A DNA stretch of 64,000 nt from Dictyostelium discoideum. Taxonomy: Eukaryota. The translations under genes were made by a program, and so were the position numbers. The stretch is from the NCBI GenBank assembly GCA_000004695.1, contig CM000152.2:800001-864000 (forward strand), in the 5' to 3' direction. This document shows, piece after piece, positions 1 to 14,662 of this stretch (the stretch's first letter is position 1; each line of letters opens with the position of its first letter). The notes below the pieces were generated by a model. That model saw only the letters and a program-made list of their open reading frames with translations, ran no database searches and was not told where the DNA came from.

Positions 1-210
1 TTTGTTAATACTTTTCCAACCTATCAATTGAATGGCTACCCCTTACTCAAATAACCCACTATTAAAATGCTTTGAGAATAGTTTTGCAACTGCTCAATTG
101 AATGGCTACCCCTTACTCAAATAATCCAGTATTTAAATGCTTGTGAATAGTTTTGCAACTGCTCAATTTAATGGCTAGCCATCACTCAACAACAGATGGT
201 TTAATAAATT
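1..210. repeat. Tandem repeat of about 70 bp in three imperfect copies. The shared core is 'ttgcaactgctcaattgaatggctaccccttactcaaataa'.
   Basis: Direct reading. Copies sit at about 2-71, 72-141 and 142-209 and share 'caattgaatggctaccccttactcaaataa'. Copy 3 has diverged. The array lies at the window edge and may continue upstream. Confidence 0.7.
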
Positions 211-627
211 ATTGGAGGTAACAAAGACTTTTCTCAAAAGGAGTTTTTAGTGTCGGTTCCTCAATAATTAAATAATAAAAAAAACAAAACTAAAGAATAA
301 TATAAAACAATTAAAAAAATAGATTTTTTATCTTTTTTGTTGTCAAAATTATAATATTTCTAATTTAATTTTAAAAACATTTACCAATATTAGTAAATGA
401 GTTTTAATATTTAACCAGTACTGTCTTGGTCATCTATACCATATACTTGACCCAAATCAGTAACGCCAACCTTGTAAGAGGAGCTCCATGTAATAAACTA
501 TCATTTATTTTATTTTTTTTTTGAATAAATAATTGACCGTTTTATTTTTTTTTTTTTTTTTTAAAATATATATATTTTTTTTTTTTTTATTTTTTTTTTT
601 TTCGATAGATATTTTTATTATTATTAT

Positions 628-684
<57 letters not shown>

Positions 685-737
685 TATTTATTGTTATTTA
701 TTTATTATTACAATGATTAAAAAAAAACTATCTTTTT

Positions 738-1121
738 TTAACTTAAAACTTCATATGCAACAGATTCTCTTTTGTGGACAGCAACTTTATGAGATAAAAC
801 ATTATGTAAAAATTGTACACATTTTTGGGAAAGAACTAAACCTTCCATTGGATTTGAACTTGATACGTCGTATAAATTTGGAGCAACAACGATTGCTAAA
901 TTTTGAGCTGTCATTTTATTGACATCAGAGAAACTTGAAACCATTAATAATAAATGCATTAACCAATCTAATAAACTTTTTTGTGGTTCTGGTAAATTCT
1001 TTGCTGATTGAACGCATTCATCAATATCTGTACTATAGAAAATCTTTTCTGTTGGAATTGAATTTAAAATTGGTGTTGGTAATTCTCTATACCAAATCTA
1101 ATAAAAAAAATAAAAAAATAA

Positions 1122-1154
<33 letters not shown>

Positions 1155-2121
1155 TGAAAATAAATATTAATAATTATTTAAAATATTTTTTAAAATTGAT
1201 TAATTTTAAAAAAAAAAAAAAAACATACCTTAATTAAAGAAGCAACAGTATTAATATCAGTTGAAGAAGTGAAATCATTTCTATTCATTGCTTCTTTTAA
1301 ACGTTTAATTTCAGTTTGTTCACCAGCTAAACGGAAAATACCTTCTTGTTGTAAACCACCATTATCAATTAAAGATCTTTTCATTAATGCTAAAATATAT
1401 GGTACTCTAAATCCTTCATCTTCAACATGCTCTAAAGTATTTGGATCAACACCAAACACACCAGTTTCACATCTAATTTTAACCGTTAAAAAATGTGATG
1501 CTCCACCTTCAACTCTTAATACAACTTTATGATTTGTATTTATCTTTTGATTAACCATTAATTTAACTTTAATTGTTTTACTTTTTCCCTATAAAATAAT
1601 TAAATTATTAAAATTTATGAAATATAATAAGTATATATGTATATGTGTTTATAATTTTTTTTTTTTTTTTTTTTTTTTTTTTCCCAATAAATATTTAATT
1701 ATAATGAAATAATTTACTTTATCAAGTGATCCAGATGTAGGACTAAAACTTAATTGAAATTCTTTTGGTTGTAAAGGTTCAAAATGAAACTTTAATTTTG
1801 TTTTACTTGAATTACTAATTGTGAATTGATCTTGTACAACCGACTTTAATGGGCATGGTTTTTCACCTAAATTAAAGTCTAACAGATTTTTTGAAACCTT
1901 TTTTTTTTTTTAAATTTATTTTATTTTTGTATGTATAGGTTAGTAGTGATTTATTTAATAATAAAGAAAAAAAAAAAAATTATAAAAAGATATGACTGAC
2001 TTACTTCTAAACCACCACTATAATTTGATGTACCTAATTCGTCTATTGTTGGTTTTGCTTTATAATCTATTGAAGAAGCAACCGTCACAGAAGACGAGGA
2101 TTTACTTGAAGAAGAACCCAT
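738..2121 (-). CDS. RhoGAP-domain protein of about 338 aa in four exons, with an MGSSSSK N-terminus that fits the N-myristoylation consensus.
   Basis: Exons are 2121..2005 (MGSSSSKSSSSVTV...GGLE, donor GTAAGT), 1897..1718, 1588..1229 and 1097..738. RhoGAP motifs are present: GIFRLAGEQTEIKRLKEAMN, IWYRELPTPIL and MTAQNLAIVVAPNL. Introns are AT-rich and GT..AG. All exon phases are consistent. The stop TAA at 738-740 was checked on the sequence. Confidence 0.8.
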
Positions 2122-2520
2122 CTTAGATGAAGTCTTGCTTACTTTTTCTTTCTTTTCTTTTTCAGGTTTCGTCACTTTTTCTAAACTATATATACACACA
2201 AAGGCGTTTGTCTCCCAATCACGTACTTCTACAACAACCTAACTACTACTACTGCTACTACTACTACTGCTGCTCTAACTTCCACTAATATATCCTTCTT
2301 CTTATTAAACTTTCAATTGAGATGCCTTTTTTTTTTTTTGTTGTTTTTTTTTTTTTTACGTGTGTTGAAATAAAAAAAAAAAAAAATAAAAAAATAAAAA
2401 AGCTAAAAAAATTAAATTTTTGAATTAAAAAATAAATAATAAATAAATAAATAAATAAATAAAAATTGGATTAAAATATTTATAACACACAAACACACAA
2501 AAAAAAATTTTTAAAATTTG

Positions 2521-2552
<32 letters not shown>

Positions 2553-3174
2553 GTAATGTTTTAGTCGCCTTGAAAAAATATCTTTTTTTTTTTTTTTTTT
2601 TTTTTTTTTGTATTGTTTTTTTTTTTATAAATTTTATTTTTTTTATTTTATTTTTACTTTTTTTTTTACTGATTCAAAAAATATAAGGAATAGATATTAA
2701 GAAAAAAAAAAAGATAATAATGATTATTTAGTTTTTTTATTATTATTTTTATTTTATTTTGTGGTTGTGTTGATGTTGATAAACAATCAACTACTAAAAT
2801 TAAAAACCCAAAAAAAATAAAAAAAAAATAAAAAAAAAAATAAAAAAAATAAAAAAAAAAATAAAAAAAATAAAATAAATAAATAAAAAATTCATTAAGA
2901 AAAAAGATTAGTTCTAAAAATAACACAAAACACCAAAATTTCAAACTACAAACAATTTTTACCACACTTTTTTAAAAAAAAAAAAAAACAATTTAGTGTG
3001 TGGTAATTTTGAGAAAAAAAAAAAAAAAAAAACAAAACACACAAATTATTAAACAAATATTATAACAATTTTTTATTTTTATTTTTATTTTTTATTTTTA
3101 TTTTTAATTTTATTTTTAATTTTTTATTTTTATAATAATATATTTTGATACATATTGATACATATAAATATAAA

Positions 3175-3438
3175 ATGGTAAGAGAAATTCCAGTTTATGA
3201 ACCATTTTCGATGGATGGTGAAACTTATGAAACTGTTTTATCTCCATTAGAAAATTCAAAACAAATTCAATTGGTATTTCCATTTCAAACAACATTTTGG
3301 ACACGTTTTAAAATAATTGGTACAAATGGACCATTGGAAGATATAGAAGCTGGTCCTGGTGCAAGAGTACCAATTGGAGTTTCCAGAATTTTTAATGTTA
3401 ACGAATTTGGTCCATCAATTTTTGTTGGTAATTATTAA
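3175..3438 (+). CDS. Small hypothetical protein of 87 aa beginning MVREIPVYEPFSMDGETYETV...
   Basis: The ORF is complete with a good start context, aaaATGg. Codon usage is typical Dictyostelium coding, in contrast to the A/T-homopolymer flanks. No family recognised. Confidence 0.5.
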   Translation: MVREIPVYEPFSMDGETYETVLSPLENSKQIQLVFPFQTTFWTRFKIIGTNGPLEDIEAGPGARVPIGVSRIFNVNEFGPSIFVGNY

Positions 3439-3446
3439 TAATTTTC

Positions 3447-3479
<33 letters not shown>

Positions 3480-3770
3480 AATAAATAAATAAAAAAAATA
3501 AATTTTATTATTAACATTTTCAAAAAAATTAAAAAAAAAAAAAGAGGTATTTAAAAGAAATCCAAGAACTTATATAGATACACTAAAAGTAAAAACGAGA
3601 TCAGTGCAGGGTTACAGCATCCATTTTTTAACCCAAAATTAAAATTGAAAAAAAAAAAAAAAAGATATTATTAATGTAAAAAAAAAAAAACAAAAGTAAT
3701 TTATTATAAAAAAAGGTTTAAATGGTTGTTTGTGGTAGTTTCGATTTTTTCCACTTATCATGAAAAAGAA

Positions 3771-3814
<44 letters not shown>

Positions 3815-3858
3815 AAAATAAAAATAAAAATTATATTAATATATTAAAAATAATAGTT

Positions 3859-3902
<44 letters not shown>

Positions 3903-3908
3903 TTATAC

Positions 3909-4802
3909 TTACGTAACTAAAAATAAAACAATTAATGGGAGTGCTAATGTACCAAATGTGGAGAATATTGATTTAATATCTCTTCCTACAGATTCAAAGT
4001 GATCAAATACTACAATTTTTGGATCATCTTCATCATAATAGCAATCATAGTTGGATGTAGAATATCTACAACAACCTTTCTCATAAATTATAACTTCACT
4101 ATTTATTACTTGAGTTGAATTAATTAATGGATATGTTACATTATAACTAATATCATAATAGTAAATTATACCACCAGCTTCATCTGATTTTTGGTATGTA
4201 TTTTGTTTTGTTACAGAATTCACCTGACATTTTGTGAGTACACCAATAAAATTATTTTTAGTTACTAAACTAAACCAAAGTGCCACAAATATTCCAACCC
4301 AAATTAAAGTATAAAAAATAGTTAAACCAAAAAATATTCTATAACAATAAAAACTTTTTTTATTACCTTTTTGTTTACTATTATTATTTGTATTGTTATT
4401 ATTTATATTATTATTATTTATATTATTATTACTATTACTATTATTGACTGTAATATTATTTTTTGAAGAGTTAATTATTTTAATACAACGGTCAAATAAT
4501 TCTTGTGAAGGTATTAAAATAATAATCACTGAATTTGAATGATAGTTTGTTTTTATTTTTAAAAATATTTGTTTTGGTTGCATTTCAATTTCACCTGGTG
4601 TGGTGGTGGTGTTAATAAAATTATCATCATCAAAAACAATTATGATATTTGCTGTTAAGAAATTATTATTTTCATTAAGTTCATCAAATTCATTATTCCT
4701 AATAATAAAATTTGTTTGGTTTAATGTAATATGTTTTTTCTCCCATTGTTGATATGATCCATCTTCATTTTTATAAAGAATATCAAATACACCAATTTCC
4801 AT
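3909..4802 (-). CDS. Hypothetical membrane protein of about 297 aa with an Asn-rich linker and two predicted TM segments.
   Basis: This is the downstream part of ORF 3909..5000(-). The upstream 66 codons of that ORF are translated poly-A/T run, and the ORF tool began it at a TTG. The first ATG is MEIGVFDILYK. Hydrophobic segments are IFFGLTIFYTLIWVGIFVALWFSLV and the C-terminal TLALPLIVLFLVT. The stop overlaps 'gtaagt', so a further 3' exon cannot be excluded. Confidence 0.5.
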   Translation of the reverse strand: MEIGVFDILYKNEDGSYQQWEKKHITLNQTNFIIRNNEFDELNENNNFLTANIIIVFDDDNFINTTTTPGEIEMQPKQIFLKIKTNYHSNSVIIILIPSQELFDRCIKIINSSKNNITVNNSNSNNNINNNNINNNNTNNNSKQKGNKKSFYCYRIFFGLTIFYTLIWVGIFVALWFSLVTKNNFIGVLTKCQVNSVTKQNTYQKSDEAGGIIYYYDISYNVTYPLINSTQVINSEVIIYEKGCCRYSTSNYDCYYDEDDPKIVVFDHFESVGRDIKSIFSTFGTLALPLIVLFLVT

Positions 4803-4845
4803 TTTAAACTTGTTTAAATTTAAAATATGGATTAAAAAAAAAAAC

Positions 4846-4876
<31 letters not shown>

Positions 4877-5260
4877 TTTTTTTTTTAAAATGATCAAAAA
4901 AGATATTTTTTTTTTTTTTTATAAAAAAAAAATAATGCTGTTTTGTTGTTTTTGGGAAGATATGATTTTGTGAAAGGTCAGAAAATTTTATAATTTTCAA
5001 ATAACTTTTTTTATAATTTGAGTTACTATTCCAAACACAAAATTGTACTACACTTGTTTTGGTTTCACGATCATTAAATATCTACATACATCACCATTTT
5101 GTGTCTTTTACAAAAAAACAAAAATAAAAAAAAAAATAAAAAAAAAAAAAAACAGTTTTTAAAAAAATGAGATATTCCAATCTATTTGGAAAAAAGATAC
5201 TTTTTTTATTTTTTTTTTTTATTTTAATTTATTTTATTTTATTTTATTTTATTTTTTTAT

Positions 5261-6859
5261 TTATTTTCTTTTTTCAATTTTTGCATTGTAATTTGCACAA
5301 TTCATTACTAAACCATATTCACCAATTTCTTTTAATGGTTGATTTGGTGATGGATTTGAAAATTTATAATTTTTAATTAATCTTACAACTGTTAGAAATA
5401 TCATATACTCTGCAAATGATTTACCAATACAACCTCTTAAACCTAATCCAAAACTAACAATATTTTTATTTTTTTCCTTAATATTGGCATTATCAATGAA
5501 CCTTTCTGGTATAAATGATAATGGTTTATCCCAATATTGTTCAGATCTACTACTACTATAAATATTTTGAATAATTTGAGTACCTTTTGCAATTTTAAAA
5601 CCTTTAATTTCGACATCATTTGAACAATAATGTGGTTCAGATAATGGTGCAATTGAATAGAGTCTATGAGTTTCCTTAATTACAGCACATGTATATGGAC
5701 ATTTAAATCTATCATTAATACTAATTTCATCATTTTTTAAATTTGTAATAATTTCATTATAAACTTTTTCTTGAATTTCTGGATTATTAATTAAAGATAC
5801 CAATAAAAATGATAGAGTATTTGCACTTGAATCTGTACCAGCCAATAATAAATTTGTACATGAACTCAAAACTGATTCAAATTTAATTTCACCATTTAAA
5901 TAATTCTCTAAATATGCTTCAACAATACTTTTTCTTTCTTCTCCTTCTTTTTCTTTATTATTATTATTATTATCATTTAATTTTGATAATTGTTGATTAA
6001 CATTTTTTGATACAAAATTTGTTAAAACTTGAAAATCTTTAAAGAAATTATTTCTTGATAAATTTATTAAATCAAATGGTAATAATATTGGAATGAAATC
6101 AGAATAAAATAAAGATCCAGATGTTTTAAAAAATCTACCAATTGAAAATATAATATGTTTTTTCTCTTTATCAACATCATCGTCATCTTTATTATTAATA
6201 TTATTTGTATTGTTACAATAAATTGATTGTTTACCAAATATTAAAATTGACATAATATTAAATAACATGAATTTCATATTTTCATTAATATTTGTAACAA
6301 TATTATCATTATTTTTACTTTTATAAAGTTGTTCAGCCATTAAATCAACTTGTGATTGAATTTCAAATTGATAAGATTTTATTTTTCTTGGAGTCATTTG
6401 AGTTTGAAAAATTGTTTTTAAAATTTTCCAATATTCCCCATTTGAATGAATTATATCTAATCCATTATTGATTTTTCTAGATTTTTTAACGAATCTATCA
6501 ACAAATGAATGTTTATTAAATAAAAATGATTCTTCTAAAGTATCGATACCAGTTAGTACTACAGTTTCAATATTACCCATTCTTAATCTATATACTGGTC
6601 CAAATTCTTTATAAAATCCGTCAATACTTTTTACAACATTTTTATTTATTTGAAATAAATTTCCAACAATTGGATATCCAATAGGTCCAGGTATATTTTT
6701 ATTTATTTTTGAAATTCTTGAAGGCTATCATAAAAAAAAAAATTAATACACTATATTGTAATTTTTTTTTTTTTAATTATTTTCAAATTTTAATTTTTCA
6801 ATTCATACAATTAAAAAATATAAAGTAATTACAAATAAAAATAATAATGATAAAATCAT
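5261..6859 (-). CDS. Cytochrome P450 monooxygenase of about 504 aa in two exons.
   Basis: Exon 1 is 6859..6809 (MILSLLFLFVITLYFLI, a membrane anchor; donor GTATGA). Exon 2 is 6724..5261. Exon 2 carries the Pro-rich hinge PGPIGYPIVGN, then FYKEFGPVYRLRMG, the ExxR motif KETHRLY and the haem-binding signature FGLGLRGCIGKSFA. A Dictyostelium-style Asn/Asp-rich insert is present. Confidence 0.85.
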
Positions 6860-6957
6860 TTTTTATAAGATTTATTTAAATCCAATAAATAATAAAGGAA
6901 TATTTTTTTGATTAGTATTTAAAAAAATTAAATAATATAAAATATTATAAATAAATT

Positions 6958-7030
<73 letters not shown>

Positions 7031-10000
7031 TTTGGGAGGTGTTAAAAAAGATCTTAAAATAAAATGTTTATGAGGGGGTGTTAAAAAAAAAAAATAAAAA
7101 AATCTAAAAAATCATATATTATATTTATGACAACATAAATTCAAATTCGCCATTTGTTTTTTTTTACCTTTTTTTAATTTAATAACGTAAGATTTTTATT
7201 TAATTATTTGGTGTTTGGTGTTTATTTTATAATACTATTTCACAAACACAAAAAAAAAAAAAAAAAATCTGAAGTACACAAAAAATTGTTTATTTTTTTT
7301 TTTTTTTTTTATTTAATTTTAACGTATGAATGAAAATAAATTCATTATTTTTTTAATTTATTTTTTTATTTTATTTTATTATATTTTTTTTTTTTTTTTT
7401 GGAATAAAGAAATAAACAAATCAGGTTTTTTTTTATCTTTTTATTTTTTTATTTTTAAATTTTTTTATTTTTTTTAATTCAAACTGCACTAATCTATAAT
7501 AAAAAAAAAAAATTATTTATTTTTTTATTTATTTTATTTTAAAACTATAGATTATTTTTATTTTTCAATAAAATTACTATTACTTAACACTTGTATTAAA
7601 AATAAATAAATTTAAAAGAGTGTTTAAAAAATATATTATTATTATTATTTTTTTAATGATTTATTTTTTAAAAAAAAAATTATTTTATTAAAAATTTAAT
7701 TTTATTGGATGTTTATTCTGGCAATTTATACTTGTTTTCCAAAAATATATATAGTATTAAGAAATAGAACTACCAATTTTTGGTGATATCAGCTTTTTAT
7801 CTGTTTTCTCCACTCTGGGTAAAAATACGCATTTTTTTTATAATTTTAAAAAAAAGTGTCTCTTTGTGGAATAAAAAGCATTATACTAAAATTAAAAAAA
7901 GTTAATTAAAATGAAAAAAACAAATCAATCAGTTTACATCCCAACTTTTAAAAATTAACTTTGATCGTTGCAATTTTTAATTTTTTTTTTTTTTTTTTTT
8001 TAATATTATTTTTTTTTTTTTTTTTTTTTAATCATTTGTTTTTTTAAAATTATTATTTTTTTTTTTTTTTTTTATTGTTTTTTAATTCATTTGTTTTTTA
8101 AAATTATTATTTTTATCATTTAAAAAAATTTTTTTAAAAAAAAAACTATTTAAACAAAAAAATAGGAAACATAACTATTTATGGTATCAACAAGTACAGA
8201 TTCATTAAAACAAATAAAAAAATTATTTTTAATTGAAAAAAAAAAAGATTTAAATAATTAAAATCTACTGTTTTTAAAATAAACTTGATAATGATTCAAA
8301 TAATTTATTTAAAAATAAAATAAAAAAATTAAATGAATTAATTTATTATATGTTAAATTAAAAATGTATTTTTCATATTAATAATAACAATTAATTATTA
8401 ATTGTTTAATTTATTTTTTTTTTAAAAAAAAAAAAAAAACACCCTATGCATATATTAAAATTATGATAAATGAGATATTCATGATTTAATTACTTTATAT
8501 TATTATTATTATTATTATTATTATCACTCAGTGCGATTTTTTTTTAATCTCTAACCCACCACCATATTTTTTTGATTCTACCTATTTATTTTGAATTTAA
8601 ATATTTTATTTTTTTTAAAAAAAAAAAACAATTAAAAAAATTTTTTTTTTTGAAATAATATATATAGTGAGCCATTTCCATATTTGTTTTTTAAAACTTT
8701 TTTTTAAAATTTCTTTTAAATTTGTGGTTAAAGTGTGATGTTTTTTTTGTACATAATGAATTATATATTAAAAAAAAAAAAAAAAAAAACCAATCAAAAA
8801 TAACAATAAAATTTTATGACCAAAATCTACAAAAAAAAAAAAAAGTTCTTACTTGCAAAATTTTTATATTTATTTATTATTTTTTTTATTTTTTTTATTT
8901 ATTTGTTTTATTTTTTTTTGTTTTTTTTATTTTTTTTTTAAAAATAATTTATAAACATACCACCAACAAAATTACAGTGGTACACCACCCAATTTCATTG
9001 GGATTGTTTATTTAATTTTTTGAGGTGGTAATTATTGTAGTTGCAATATTGCTACTGCAATTTTTGATTTTGAAAAATTAAGGGGTGGTAACACATTGTT
9101 TTATTGTATTTTGTTCTATTTTGTGTTGTTGTTGTTGTTGTAATAAAAATTAATTAATTCAAAAAATTAGTTTTCTTATTATCCATGTGAAAAAGACCCC
9201 ATTTATTAAAAAAACTACTTTTTTTATACATATTTGTTAAATTGTTTTTTTGGTTGAATAGATAATCATACCTTTTTTGTTAAAATTTAAAATTTTAACC
9301 ACAAATAATAATAAAAAAAATAAAATATAAGAAAAAAACCTTTTGAAAATCAAAAACCTAAACCTTTTTTTTTTGTGAATCTACAAAATTTTTTAACCCA
9401 AACTCACACCAATACAACGCCTACACAATCACCAATAGAAGTAATAATTGCCATCACCACTATAATTTTAGTGCGATAGTATTGGTAATACCCTACTCCA
9501 AAATCAAATTTTTTTTTTTTTTTTTTGATGATCATAACAATAAATTGTTTTCAATTACTAAGAAAATGTGTGTGAGTGTGGGAGAGTGTGTTAGATATAA
9601 ATTTTTTTTTTCTTCAATTTTATTTTTAATTTTTATTTTTTTTTTTTTTTTGGGATTGTGGTGTATTAATTTGGATTAATAGAGCGAGAAAAAAATAAAA
9701 AAAAAGAAAATGGAAAATTTGTTTTTTGTTAACATAAAAATTGAGTGGGGTTTTTTTATTAGTGTGTATTCTCAAACATTTTGATTTTAAAGGAATCACA
9801 AATAACAGATACTATTTTTTATAATAAAACAGCAATACTACTACTACTTTTATTCATTCCTTTAGATGAAAGAAAAAAAAATAATAATAATAATGTTTTA
9901 GTGTGTAAATAATTGTAGATTTACAATCTCTAACTATAAATTATAATTTTTTTTTTATTTTATTTTATTTTTTATTTAAATACATATTCCAAATACGCAA

Positions 10001-10764
10001 CACACCACCCTAAACCCCACTTAACCACATTAGTTTTTATCTTTCTTTAGGAAAAAAGTGTGGTAATAGCTTTAATTGTGAAAAAAGTTAGAAGTGTTGA
10101 AATCAAGGAACAATGTTTTTTTTTTTTTTTTTTTTTTTTTTTTGTTGTTGTTGTTGTAGTTATTCTTGTTGTTTTTTTTTTTTTTTTTTTGTTGTTAAAT
10201 GGTAGTAGTTTTGGTGTTGATATCTTTATAGTTGTTATTGTTGATTATGGTATACAAATATGCAGGTGAGGAGAGAGAGGTGTGGTTTAAAAAAAAAATT
10301 TATCATTTCCACTTAACCACCCAATCATTGATGGTGATGATATTAATTTTTTTGATTTTGGAAAAAAAAAAAAAAATTATAAAAATAATTTAATTTTTTA
10401 AATAATAATAAAAAAAAAAAATAAAAAAATAAAAAAAAACACTCCTTTTAAAAAAATAATTTACTATAAATAATCATCAAAAAAGAATATTTTTAATCAT
10501 TCACAAATTAATTCAAACCAATTAACAAATAAAAATAAAAAAATTAAACACAAATAATAATAACAATAATATTTATTTTTTATTTTAATTTTTCTAAACA
10601 TATACCAATTATAATTATATTTTTTTTATTATAAATAAAATAAAAAAAAAAAAAAAAAAAAATTTTTTTATTTCCAAATCACAAAATCAATTTTAAAAAA
10701 ATAATTTACTAAATACTTTTTTTTCTAAAAAAAACTTTACTTAAAAAAACTTCAAAAACTAAAA

Positions 10765-11000
10765 ATGGAATCTAAAAGTGAAATTAATTTTATCTTAAAT
10801 AAAACCAAAGTTCCACCAGTCATTTTCGGAGGAATCTTTTCAACATTTGGAGTTGATAAAAATATGGATTATTATTATAACTATAGTGATTACCAAAATA
10901 AAAATAATAATAATAATGATAGAAACTATACAAAAAATAATAAAATAATCAATAGTTGTCAAACTGTTCAATGTAATAATTTATCATACTTATTACACTA

Positions 11001-11001
<1 letters not shown>
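10765..11001 (+). CDS. Possible small ORF of 78 aa (MESKSEINFILNKTKVPPVIFGGIFSTFGVD...).
   Basis: Start context aaaATGg. The ORF stands alone in a roughly 4 kb AT-rich intergenic desert. It is low-complexity in its second half and there is no homology support. Confidence 0.25.
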
Positions 11002-11060
<59 letters not shown>

Positions 11061-11382
11061 ATAATATAAATGAAAAAAAAAAAAAAAAAAGATCAACTTT
11101 AAAATTCCAATCAATTCCAAAAAGTGTATTTTTTTTTTTTTTACTGCCATGTGAAGATCCTAATCTTGCTTTGTAAATAAAGAAATATAAAAAAAAAAAA
11201 AAAAAATATGGATTGTACATAACTAATATCATCAACTGATATATATATATAAGAAATACGCCAAAACGATACTCTAAGAGTAAAATTAAAAATTTTAATA
11301 AAAATAAATTTATAATTTAAAATAAGAATTTCTTTTTTTTTTTTTTTTTTCATTATATATACAATATTAAAATCAAAAGTTT

Positions 11383-12402
<1,020 letters not shown>

Positions 12403-14662
12403 GTTGATCTATTTGTTTGCTTAATTTTAAAAAATAAAAAAAATAAAAAAAATAAAAAAAACTTCAACTGATTTTTTCATTTTTTTTTTTTTATTTTTAT
12501 TTTTATTTTGGATATTATTATTTTTCTTTTTTTTTTTTTTTTTTTTTGGGAGCTTTGAAATAAATTTTAATAATTAAATATATATATATATTTTCTTGAA
12601 AATAAAAAAAGTTTAAAGGAGAATGGTTGGAGACTTTTATTTATATATATTATTAATAAAATAATAAATATTTATAAAATAAAATTTTTTTTTTTTTTTT
12701 TTTTTTTTATTAATATAGCTTTTTTTTTTTTTTTTAAAAAAAAATTAAACTTATCAAGTATATTAATTACTAATCTAGCAATAATAAATCAAAAATAAAA
12801 CAGTAATTTAAATCAATAAATTTTATCACCAATCCAATCAAATCCAATCAAATCCATTAAATCAAATCAAATCAATCAAATCAAATCAATATTTAAAATA
12901 TCCCAATAAAATTAAAGATGAATCTGGGAGAAAATAATAAAATAAAGAATATTGATTATTTTAACTTTTTTTTTAAGTAAATCTTTTATTATTTTTTAGA
13001 TTTTTTTCTTTTTCCTTTTTTTTTTTTTTTTTTTTTGTTTTGTTTTTTTTTTTTTAAATATATAAAAATTATAATTCAAATATTATTTTGTACTGTGGAA
13101 TTTTTTTTAATTATTTGTATCCTTTGTCCTCTTTTTTAGGTTCTTTTAAGTTAGTTTTTTTTTTTTATTATTTTATTTTTTTTTTTTTTATTTTGTTAGT
13201 TTAATTTTAGAATTAAAATAAAAAAAAGAAAAAAAAAAAAGAAAAAAAAAAAGAATTAATATAAATATTGAAATTATACCATTGTTCAAAGAAAATATGA
13301 TTTAATTTCAATAGAAAAATAACAACAACAAATTTTTAACCAAATTAAATTTAAATGATTCAAATAAAACATCCACGTACCCAATAATAATAAAAAAATT
13401 AAATAAATGAGAGAAAAAAAAAAAAAAAAAAAGAGAGAAAAAAAAAAATAAACGAAAAAAGAAAATAATATAATGATGATGATGAATAAATTTTATATAC
13501 CTTTTCATAAATCGTAAAGTTTTAATTTTTTGTATATAAATCTATTTAATGGGGGGGTGCGAAAATTAATTATTATTATTTTTTTTTTTTTTTTTTTTGG
13601 GAGAGAAAAACCCACATTTTTTTATTTTTATAAATTCTTCACTCAAATGTGGTGAATTATATGGTTAGATATATAAAAAAAAATTAAGTAATAAATATCC
13701 CAATATAAAGATTGTTCCAAATTACAAAAAAAAATTTATTTATTTTAATTTTAATTTTTTTTTTTTTTTTTTTTAAAATGATGTTTTTATAGATATATAA
13801 TACGCGGTATTTATAATTTAAAATTTTATAACAGATTTTTCACTCACTATCACCCTCATTTTTTTAAAATTACATTATTTTAACCCACTTTCAAACACCC
13901 CAAACCTATACATCTCACTATTATCATACATATCCACGCTTAACAATGATTTAAAATCTTTTTTTTTTTTTTTTTTTTTTTTTTTATTATTTAATTATTT
14001 TTTCCTTTTTTATTTTTAATTATTTTTTAATTATTTATATAAATTTTTTTTTTTATTTTTTTGAATATATTCAACAAGAACTAACACATATATTTTTTTT
14101 ATTATATTATAATTTTATTTTAAATGGTTTTTTTTTTTTTTAAAAAATAAAAAAAATTTATCAATTCAATTCTTTTAATCGAATAAGTTAGATTTATATT
14201 AATAAATATTTATTTTTAACTTAACCCATTTTTTTTTTTTAATCATACACACTCCCAATATTTTTTTTATTATTTTAAATTATTTGTTTAAAAAAAAAAA
14301 AAAAATTTGTGGGTTTTTTTTTTTTTTTTTTTTTTCTTTTTTCTTTGTGTAAATAGCATTTAAATTTAAAATTTTTTAATTTATCTTTTGTAGAAATAAA
14401 ATTAAAAACACTCATCTTTGTTAAATCATTAAAAAAAAATATATATATTTATTTTATATTATTTTTTTATTTTATTTTTAAATCATTAAAAAAAAAAAAA
14501 AAAAAAAAAAAATTTTTACTTTCCTTTTTTACTATTTAATTCAATTCTCAATTTTATTTTTATTTTTTATTTTTTTTATTATCTAAATTAAATTTAACAA
14601 ATCAAAAAAAAAAAAAAAAAAAAAATCAAAAGAACAAGTATACATATAAATAATTTTTAAAA

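Noticed and set aside
400-500. GC-richer roughly 100-bp block 'ttaaccagtactgtcttggtcatctataccatatacttgacccaaatcagtaacgccaacc...'
   Set aside because: It gives only short open frames, with no splice partner in the window. It is possibly a terminal exon or UTR of a gene lying upstream of the window. There is not enough evidence to annotate it.
3909-5000. Full 363-aa ORF including '[51 protein letters not shown]' as the N-terminus
   Set aside because: That part is a translation of poly(A)/(T) tracts upstream of the first ATG (MEIGVF...), and the ORF tool used a TTG start. The annotation is trimmed to 4802.
5443-5652. 69-aa ORF antisense to or overlapping the P450 gene, plus similar short AT-rich ORFs (533..922, 8722..9015, 10060..10269, 13308..13508, 25359..25646, 41842..42099 and others)
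   Set aside because: They are low-complexity poly-F/K/I/L translations of homopolymer-rich DNA, with no start context or coding signature.
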